Source: an uncultured bacterium
Lineage (GTDB): Bacteria > Abyssobacteria > SURF-5
Direction: 5' to 3'
NCBI GenBank assembly: GCA_964510165.1
Contig: CAZEBC010000028.1
Span: forward strand, 1,592-28,357
Length of the DNA stretch: 26,766 bases
In this document: positions 18,852-25,749 of the stretch, piece after piece
How positions within the stretch are numbered: position 1 is the stretch's first letter
Layout: the number at the start of each line of letters is the position of its first letter
Notes under the pieces: generated by a model
Database searches by the model: none
Told to the model about the DNA's origin: nothing
What the model saw: the letters and a program-made list of their open reading frames with translations, nothing else
Program-made: the position numbers and the translations under genes

Positions 18852-20669
18852 ATGCTCTACCCCCAGGACAACCCACACCGCACTATGATGAACCTGTCGG
18901 GCCTGTGGAAATTCTCCCTCGATGTTGATGATAAAGGCGAGGATAAACGCTGGTTCCATGGACTTCCCTCAAGCAGGCCGATAGGCGTGCCCGGCAGTTG
19001 GAATGAGCAGTACGAGGACACGATGTTCTACATGGGTTCCGCATGGTATCAAACCGAATTTCATGTTCCGCCGCAATTCCGGGGACAGCGGCTGGCGTTG
19101 CGGTTCGGCGCGGCGGGCTACTATGCCTCCGTTTGGCTCGATGGGGAATTGCTCGGAACGCATGAGGGCTCGTCGCTGCCGTTCGAATACGACATCACGC
19201 GCCGCGCGAGGCCCGGCAATGCCCACATGCTTGTTCTCAAGATTGACAACCGGCTCGGGCCGAAGACCATTCCGCCTGGCAAGATCGGACCCCAGCCCGG
19301 ACAGGAGGGCGAATCAAGTTTCGTCTCCGAAGCCATCTCCAATTTCGCCCAGTACGTGCCTGAGATCCAGATGCTTCCACTTCTCCTGAACATGCGGGAG
19401 CAGTACCCGCCCGTGCCGTTCGACTTCCTGCCGTACGCCGGCATCCACCGACCCGTTAAGCTATACACGACGCCGAGGGATTTCATACGCGCAATACGAG
19501 TTCGAACCGACGTGAAACGCACCCGCGCGAACATTGTCTGCGAGGTCCACGCCGAAGGAAAAGCCGACTCAGTGGAAGCGGTCCTGTCACGCGGGGGCAA
19601 GACATTCCGCTCTGATGCTTCCATGCAGGGCGGCGTCGCGACAGTCGAGGCGGCGGTCCCGAATCCGGAACTCTGGCATCCCGACCGCCCGCATCTGTAT
19701 CATCTGGCCGTCAAGCTTCTGAAGAAGGCCGCGGTGGTTGACGAATACCACATGGACATCGGCATACGCGCCATTAACGTCACGGAAAAACAAATCCTCC
19801 TGAACGGCGAGCCCATCTATCTCAACGGCGCATGCAAGCATGAGGACTTTCCGATCCTCGGCCGCGGCCTCAACGAGGCGATGCTGGTCAAGGATTTCTC
19901 GCTCATGAAATGGCTCGGCGCCAACTCGTTCCGGACCTCTCACTATCCCTACGCCGAGGAATACCTCATGCTCGCCGACCGCATGGGATTCCTGGTGATT
20001 GACGAAATGCCGACGGTCGGCCTCGACTACAAGATGTACAACGACGAGATATTGAATAAGTGCAAGGGTTTGCTCACCGAACTGATCGAGCGCGACGGCA
20101 ATCACCCCAGCGTCATCATGTGGAGCATCGCCAACGAGCCCGACACGTTCACCGAGAGCGCGGCAGGTTTCTTCGGAAGCCTCAAGGCGCACGCCAAAGA
20201 GCTTGACCCATCGAGGCCGGTCACGCTCGCCGCAATGCACGTGCCGAAAGACCATACATACGATGTCGTGGACGTCATATCAATCAACCGCTACTACGGT
20301 TGGTACTTCGACCCCGGCCAGTTGGATGTGGCCGCCAAGAAGTTGAGCGACGAACTCGACCGCATCCATTCCGCGCACAAAAAGCCGGTTCTCGTCTCCG
20401 AATTCGGCGCCGACTCAGTCGCGGGCCTGCACTCCGCCCCGCCCGAAGTCTTCACCGAGGAATATCAGGCCGCTTTGCTGAAGGCTTACATTGATGTCAT
20501 TCGCTCCAAGGACTTCACCGTGGGCGAGCACATTTGGAACTTCGCGGATTTCAAGACGCCTCAGCATTACACGCGCACAGTCCTCAATCGCAAGGGCCTG
20601 TTCACGCGCGAGCGCCATCCGAAACTGGCGGCGCACGTGGTAAGGCAGATATGGCGATCGGGCAAATGA
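18852..20669 (+). CDS. uidA: GH2 beta-glucuronidase (cytoplasmic)
   Basis: MLYPQDNPHR N-terminus, VPGSWNEQ, YAGIHRPV, KHED, GANSFRTSHYPY, WSIANEP (acid/base Glu), NRYYGWY, SEFGAD (nucleophile Glu), WNFADF, NRKG (N-K motif). AGGAGG SD at 18841-18846. No signal peptide. Confidence 0.9.
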   Translation: MLYPQDNPHRTMMNLSGLWKFSLDVDDKGEDKRWFHGLPSSRPIGVPGSWNEQYEDTMFYMGSAWYQTEFHVPPQFRGQRLALRFGAAGYYASVWLDGELLGTHEGSSLPFEYDITRRARPGNAHMLVLKIDNRLGPKTIPPGKIGPQPGQEGESSFVSEAISNFAQYVPEIQMLPLLLNMREQYPPVPFDFLPYAGIHRPVKLYTTPRDFIRAIRVRTDVKRTRANIVCEVHAEGKADSVEAVLSRGGKTFRSDASMQGGVATVEAAVPNPELWHPDRPHLYHLAVKLLKKAAVVDEYHMDIGIRAINVTEKQILLNGEPIYLNGACKHEDFPILGRGLNEAMLVKDFSLMKWLGANSFRTSHYPYAEEYLMLADRMGFLVIDEMPTVGLDYKMYNDEILNKCKGLLTELIERDGNHPSVIMWSIANEPDTFTESAAGFFGSLKAHAKELDPSRPVTLAAMHVPKDHTYDVVDVISINRYYGWYFDPGQLDVAAKKLSDELDRIHSAHKKPVLVSEFGADSVAGLHSAPPEVFTEEYQAALLKAYIDVIRSKDFTVGEHIWNFADFKTPQHYTRTVLNRKGLFTRERHPKLAAHVVRQIWRSGK

Positions 20670-20696
20670 TGTGAGGAACGGAACGGCGAAGGACTA

Positions 20697-20725
20697 TTGA
20701 CGTTTGGGCAACTGGCCCATATAAT
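20697..20725 (+). promoter_or_regulatory. Sigma70-type promoter of the PLP enzyme gene
   Basis: TTGACG (20697-20702), 17 nt spacer, TATAAT (20720-20725). Confidence 0.8.
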
Positions 20726-20772
20726 CCTGCTATCCGCTATCTTGTCAGCATGCTTCGCTAAGGAGGATACTC

Positions 20773-21918
20773 ATGACCGCAGACTTCGAACAAGTCCGAA
20801 AGCTTTTCCCTATCACCGAGAACTTTGCCTATTTCCTTTGCAATGCCAAATCGCCCCTGCCAAAGCCCGTGTCCGACGCAGTCCATGAGATGACCGACTC
20901 CATCATGAATTCCGCCGCCATCTCGATGGCGCTGCTTAGGCCGATGATAGACGAGACGCGCGAGCGCGTGGCCCGGCTGATAGGGTGTGATAGCGAGGAG
21001 GTCGCCTTCTGCCGCAATACGACCGAGGGAATCCTCTGGCTCGCGCAGTCAATGCCGTGGAAAGAAGGCGATGAGGCGCTCCTGAGCCGGCGCGAGTACG
21101 CGACCATCGTGTATCCGTTTCTCGCTCAGCAACACAACGGTGTCAAGACCGTCCTGGTCGAACAGGACAATCGCCGCATTACTCCCGAGGTCATAAGGAA
21201 GGGCATCACCAAACGCACCCGGCTCGTTGCAGTCAGTTGGCCCCAGTTCGATACCGGCCAGCGCTGTGACCTGAAAGCCATCGCCGAGATATGTCATGAG
21301 CGCGACATAGTCTTCTTTGTTGACCCGATCCAGTGCCTCGGCGCGATCCGGCTCAACGTGAGGGAAATGGATATTGACTGCATTGCGGCGGGAACGCACA
21401 AATGGCTGCTTGCGCTACCCGGCCTCGGCATCTTCTATTGCCGCCAGGCGCTTCTTGAGAAGCTCAGGCCGGTTCACATCGGCTGGAGCAGTCTCGAAAA
21501 AGAGGTGAACATGGAATTCCCGACCGACTCGTATCCGTTCACCCCGGCAAAGGGAGCGCGCCGATATGAGGAAGGTTCGAAGAATGTGGTCGGCATCGCC
21601 GCGCTCAACGCCGCGCTCGCTCTCATCGAGGAGATCGGTCCCGAGAACATCGAGCGACGCGTCAAGGAACTTACCGATTACCTGTGCGAGAAGGCGGCGG
21701 CGAAAGGCTGCACAATCGTAAGCCCGCGCGACAACAACCAATGGTCGGGCATCGTGCTGTTCAGCCTCCCGAGGCAGGACCCATACAAGCTGGCCGAGGA
21801 GTTGCGGTCCGACCTCATTATGGTCCACGCCATGCGCAACTGCCTCATCATGGGCGTCAATTTCTATAATAACAGAGCCGATATCGACAAGGTGCTTGAG
21901 CGCATCGAGCCGGCATAG
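20773..21918 (+). CDS. Class V PLP-dependent enzyme (cysteine desulfurase/C-S lyase-like fold), function uncertain
   Basis: VRKLFP, EVAFCRNTTEG, FVDPIQ (PLP Asp/Gln), AGTHKWLL (PLP Lys), IGW, RRYEEGS, SGIV. AAGGAGG SD. Confidence 0.85.
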   Translation: MTADFEQVRKLFPITENFAYFLCNAKSPLPKPVSDAVHEMTDSIMNSAAISMALLRPMIDETRERVARLIGCDSEEVAFCRNTTEGILWLAQSMPWKEGDEALLSRREYATIVYPFLAQQHNGVKTVLVEQDNRRITPEVIRKGITKRTRLVAVSWPQFDTGQRCDLKAIAEICHERDIVFFVDPIQCLGAIRLNVREMDIDCIAAGTHKWLLALPGLGIFYCRQALLEKLRPVHIGWSSLEKEVNMEFPTDSYPFTPAKGARRYEEGSKNVVGIAALNAALALIEEIGPENIERRVKELTDYLCEKAAAKGCTIVSPRDNNQWSGIVLFSLPRQDPYKLAEELRSDLIMVHAMRNCLIMGVNFYNNRADIDKVLERIEPA

Positions 21919-21928
21919 GGTGGGTTAG

Positions 21929-22315
21929 TCACGCGATATCCACATGCGCAAGGGCGTACTCGCGCGTGTGGGTGAGCGAAAGCAGAATCCGGCTGGCCTT
22001 CAGAGCGTCATATCGCCTGGCGGCGGCGCCATAAAGCTGAATCCGTGGCGGACCATCGTTCGAGACCACCTCGATGTCGCGCATGCGCACTCCCTTCGAG
22101 AAACCTGTCCCGAGCGCTTTGGCGACGGCCTCCTTCGCAGCGAATCGAGCCGCCAGGTGCATTGCGGGTCGCGCTTTTTTCGTACAGCGCTCGACCTCGG
22201 CCCGAGTGAACACGCGAGTGAGAAACCTGTCGCCCTGCCGCTCGAGCATCCGCTCGATCCGCTCCACCTCGACTATGTCTATGCCGGTTCCTATGAGGGA
22301 CATGGGTGCGTTCAC
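21929..22315 (-). CDS. acpS: Holo-[acyl-carrier-protein] synthase (4'-phosphopantetheinyl transferase)
   Basis: GTGIDIVEVERI, RFLTRVFT, LAARFAAKEAVAKALGTG, LSLTH. GTG 22315 overlaps the upstream stop (GTGA); alternative ATG 22303. Confidence 0.95.
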   Translation of the reverse strand: MNAPMSLIGTGIDIVEVERIERMLERQGDRFLTRVFTRAEVERCTKKARPAMHLAARFAAKEAVAKALGTGFSKGVRMRDIEVVSNDGPPRIQLYGAAARRYDALKASRILLSLTHTREYALAHVDIA

Positions 22316-22728
22316 GATATCCGCTTCCCGGGAAGCGGCGGACAGCCGGTGTACAGCGACTCAATTCGTATCAGGCCGATCGCGCGCGGGCCGGAGTAGG
22401 CGTTGTACTTCAGCAGTGGATGTGACGCGAACATGTCGTACAAAGGGCCGGAAGTCTGGAATCCTTCGAAGACGCCCTTGGCCTGATACGATATGCCCTC
22501 CCTGGTGAGCACCGAGACCGCGACCTTCCCGTTCGCGAGCAGGTTCTTGCGCGTCTTGTTCATCATGATGTCAACGAAGATGAGCCGGTCGTCTCCGAAC
22601 GGCATAACGGACAGGATGGGCGCGACGTTGGGGTTGCCCTCCTCGTCGACCGTCGCCATGAATTTGGCCGCCTCCATATCCGCGAATTTCTCCATCACCA
22701 CCTGTGGCATACTGGCCATGACCGTCAT
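22312..22728 (-). CDS. Pyridoxamine 5'-phosphate oxidase-like FMN-binding split-barrel protein
   Basis: MATVDEEGNPNVAP, KTRKNLLANGKVAVSV, SYQAKG; single domain of about 135 aa. Start 22728 or 22719. Confidence 0.82.
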   Translation of the reverse strand: MTVMASMPQVVMEKFADMEAAKFMATVDEEGNPNVAPILSVMPFGDDRLIFVDIMMNKTRKNLLANGKVAVSVLTREGISYQAKGVFEGFQTSGPLYDMFASHPLLKYNAYSGPRAIGLIRIESLYTGCPPLPGKRIS

Positions 22729-22732
22729 GCTC

Positions 22733-25105
22733 CTATAATCTGCCGTGCGAGGTCCGCGCGATTATCTCGTCCTGCATCCCCCTGCCGAGGGTGACGAAAT
22801 AGGCGTTGTAGCCCGTCACGCGCACGAGCAGATTGGAATACTTCTCCGGACTCGCCTGCGCCTCAAGAAGGGTATCCTTGTCGATCACGTTAATCTGAAT
22901 GGAGGTGCCGCCAAGCTCGCCATATGCGCGAAGCAGCGCCGCGAGCCGCTCCAACTGGGCCTCTCCCTCAAGCACCGACGGGTTGAGCGTGATCGTGTAC
23001 GAGGCGCCGCGCGGATTCACGTCGAACCCGTACCGCGTCACCGATTTCATGGCGGCGGTCGGCCCGAGCGAATCGCGTCCCTGCACCGGCGCCACCGCAT
23101 TCGAGAGGTGCTCGCCCCTGTGGCGGCCGTCCGGCGTCGCGGCAGTGTATTGCGCGAATGAAATGAAGTAGTTCCACGACAGATAGCCCGCGGTATATCG
23201 CCTGCCGGTGCAGGGTGAGACGTGCTTGCTTACCTCTTCCGACCAGAACCTCGATAGCTCGCGCCCGATCGAATCCACGTAGTCGTCGTCATTTCCGAAC
23301 TTGGGCGCGCGGTGAACCAGCATCTGCCTCAACGGCTCCTTGCCCGAAAAGTCATCCTTGAGCGCCATCACCAGGTCTGCCATCGAAACCAGTTTGTCCT
23401 CGTACACGAGCTTCTTCACTGCCGCCACCGAATCGGCCAGCGTCGAGATGCTGCAACCCTCGACCGTGATGAAGTTGTACTTCGCGCCTCCCTGCCTCAC
23501 GTCTTTCCCGCTCTCGAGGCACCCGCCGATGTGCGAGGACAGATACGGCACGGGCAGAAACTTGGCCCTCAAGGCATCCCATGCGCTGTACACGTCAATC
23601 GTCTGCAGGAGGATATCCTTGAGATGCGTCTTGACGGCGGCGAGAAATTCATCATATGTCTTGAAGTCGCTTGGGTTGCCCGTGCTCGGGCCAATCCGGT
23701 CGCCCGTGAGCATGCATTTGCCGTCATTGAGCGCGAGCTCGACCGCCTTCGCCAAGTTGATGTTTACGTCCACGGTCCCGGACAGATCGTTCCCGTGAGA
23801 GGTGTTCTCGATACATCCCACTATCCCGTAATTGAATGCCTCCTCGCGCGATACGCCCTCCTTCTCAAGCGCGATGATGCTCGTCTTGTCGAAGTTGAGC
23901 AGGAACGGCGAGCCTTGCGCGCCGGCGATCATCTCGCACAGCCGCCGCATCAGGCGCTCGGGCGTCTTTGCGTGCAGCCGAATCGAGCGCTTCGGCTCAA
24001 GCATGTTCATCTCTTCGATGACATCGAGCAGAAGATACGTGAGATCGTTGGTGAGGTCCTCTCCGTCAAGCCCGCAGCCGCCGAGTGTTATCAGTTGGCC
24101 GAACCCCGAGTTAATGCCCTGCTTGCCGCCCATGTAATAGCGGTCATAGGCGTAGTTGTGCTTGATCCAGAAGCATTGCAGGATTTCCTTCGCCTGTTCC
24201 CTCGAAAGCCTGCCCGATTCGACGTCCTCCCGATAATAGGGATACATGTACTGATCGAACCTGCCGTAGGAAAGCCCCGCGCCCGGATAGCTCTCGGCTA
24301 TCATGTCAATCATGTGCGTGAACCACACAGACTGGACCGCCTCATAGAATTCCCGGGCGGGATGATATGGCACACGCTCGCAGAGTTCCGCAATCCGGAG
24401 CAGTTCCTGGCGGCGCTCATAGTCACGCTCGCCTTTCGCCTGCTTGCGCGCCTCTTCGGCATATCGGGCAGTGAACTCGCGGACCGCCTCACAGCAGATG
24501 ACGACCGCCCGATAAAACGCGCGCCTTGCCTCGTCGGTTTCCGTCGACAGCTTGCGCTCCGCATCCTCCTTGATCCCGGCAAAGCCGTCCTTCAGAACCC
24601 GCGGGAAGTCCTGGATGATGTGCGAGGGCACCGGCCCGCAATTGCTGACCCCGTGCTTGATCAGCCATTCCGTGCGCTGCGATTCCCGGCGGTCAATCTC
24701 GAGGTATTCCTCAGTCTCCCGCTCGTTGAGGCAGTTCGACATCGCCGTGTTGAATCGCCCGCCGACTATGAGTTCCCCCTCCAGAATGTCCACCGGAATC
24801 TGCCGGAGTACCTCTGCAAAGAAAAGCGCGCGCCTGACCGCAAGCGGCTCGTCCCAGAAACCGTCCGGCAGGGGAACGGTCTCGGCAAGCGCGAGCAGGC
24901 TGTCCCCGACGGCCCTCATGAAAGGCATTATCTCGGGAACCACATAGTCCTCATGACGCCGATAGACAATGTCGTCTGGCCTGCCGGTCGTGTATGAAAG
25001 CACTTCGTTCCGAAATGTGCGACTTTCCAGGTTGAAGTATTCGTCCCTCAACCGCTTCACGCGCGCGCTTAGCGCGCTCGATGCGCTCCAAATCTTTCGT
25101 TTCAT
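22733..25105 (-). CDS. Glycyl radical enzyme of uncharacterised specificity (PFL2/eliminase-like)
   Basis: C-terminal Gly-radical motif LLVRVTGYNAYF, single-Cys loop GIVGCIEN, SYGRFDQYMYPYY, APKFGNDDDYVD, ATPDGR, QINV, QDEIIART. Confidence 0.93.
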   Translation of the reverse strand: MKRKIWSASSALSARVKRLRDEYFNLESRTFRNEVLSYTTGRPDDIVYRRHEDYVVPEIMPFMRAVGDSLLALAETVPLPDGFWDEPLAVRRALFFAEVLRQIPVDILEGELIVGGRFNTAMSNCLNERETEEYLEIDRRESQRTEWLIKHGVSNCGPVPSHIIQDFPRVLKDGFAGIKEDAERKLSTETDEARRAFYRAVVICCEAVREFTARYAEEARKQAKGERDYERRQELLRIAELCERVPYHPAREFYEAVQSVWFTHMIDMIAESYPGAGLSYGRFDQYMYPYYREDVESGRLSREQAKEILQCFWIKHNYAYDRYYMGGKQGINSGFGQLITLGGCGLDGEDLTNDLTYLLLDVIEEMNMLEPKRSIRLHAKTPERLMRRLCEMIAGAQGSPFLLNFDKTSIIALEKEGVSREEAFNYGIVGCIENTSHGNDLSGTVDVNINLAKAVELALNDGKCMLTGDRIGPSTGNPSDFKTYDEFLAAVKTHLKDILLQTIDVYSAWDALRAKFLPVPYLSSHIGGCLESGKDVRQGGAKYNFITVEGCSISTLADSVAAVKKLVYEDKLVSMADLVMALKDDFSGKEPLRQMLVHRAPKFGNDDDYVDSIGRELSRFWSEEVSKHVSPCTGRRYTAGYLSWNYFISFAQYTAATPDGRHRGEHLSNAVAPVQGRDSLGPTAAMKSVTRYGFDVNPRGASYTITLNPSVLEGEAQLERLAALLRAYGELGGTSIQINVIDKDTLLEAQASPEKYSNLLVRVTGYNAYFVTLGRGMQDEIIARTSHGRL

Positions 25106-25161
25106 CTCCTCAGACCCTCAAGAAAATGAACCCGTACGTCCCACCACGCTTCGTTATGCTC

Positions 25162-25191
25162 ATGATATCAAATACCGCTTCCGAGGGTCAA
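25162..25191 (-). promoter_or_regulatory. Sigma70-type promoter of the GRE operon
   Basis: TTGACC (25191-25186), 18 nt spacer ending in TGA (extended -10), TATCAT (25167-25162), about 55 nt upstream of the GRE ATG. Confidence 0.65.
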
Positions 25192-25266
25192 ACAGCGCAA
25201 GACTCGCCCGAACCCTCATCAATCCACAGTGCGCACAAGAGGCAAATTGCTTTTTGTAATTATTCC

Positions 25267-25295
25267 TTGATTTTTCTGCAATACTATGATATCCT
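25267..25295 (+). promoter_or_regulatory. Sigma70-type promoter facing the small ORF and vWA gene
   Basis: TTGATT (25267-25272), 17 nt spacer ending in TGA (extended -10), TATCCT (25290-25295), with AT-rich flanks. Confidence 0.5.
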
Positions 25296-25550
25296 ACTCT
25301 TTGTTCATTCACATAAACTCATTGTTCGAATCAGTTTTTGCCGGTTTTGCGAATCTGTAATCCATTTGTAATCAGACTTTTGGTTAAATAGAGCATAACG
25401 CACGCGGAAAAGCAGCGCTCCCGTTGCCCCTGTCCTCGCATCGAATCGGCCTGACCCGAGGGCAGCGCGTTTACGGATTACATCCGCATGTTTGTGAGCC
25501 AGTGTCGTTCGGATGTTTACACATTGTCATGAACTTCGAAGGCGGCAACA

Positions 25551-25694
25551 ATGTCGGTTCGAAGAACTTATCACATCAACAAAACGAAGTTTCTGCTCTG
25601 GAAGGAACACGCACATCCGGCGCTGAAGATCCTGCTCGTCGGCGTAGCGGCGCTGGCAGTGCTTGCAGGCATTGTGGCTCTGGCATTGAGTTAA
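25551..25694 (+). CDS. Small 47-aa single-pass membrane protein
   Basis: Manual translation MSVRRTYHINKTKFLLWKEHAHPALKILLVGVAALAVLAGIVALALS*. GAAGGCGG SD-like sequence at 25538-25545. Basic N-terminus plus a 21-residue uncharged hydrophobic C-terminus. Confidence 0.65.
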   Translation: MSVRRTYHINKTKFLLWKEHAHPALKILLVGVAALAVLAGIVALALS

Positions 25695-25749
25695 AGATGA
25701 TATACCTGCGTACCGATGCGTGATGGTGTGAGGGAAGAGGGTGTGCCAC

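Noticed and set aside
20773-21918. Calling the PLP enzyme sufS/iscS
   Set aside because: No catalytic-Cys motif and no Fe-S assembly genes adjacent.
23312-24997. 561-aa plus-strand ORF
   Set aside because: Antisense shadow of the GRE in GC-rich DNA; no recognisable motifs.
22733-25105. Calling the GRE pyruvate formate-lyase (pflB)
   Set aside because: It lacks the adjacent Cys-Cys pair and has GCIE instead; no pflA nearby.
25424-25723. 99-aa ORF from the track
   Set aside because: TTG start without a clear SD and no protein-like features; the overlapping 47-aa frame has an SD and a clear TM helix.
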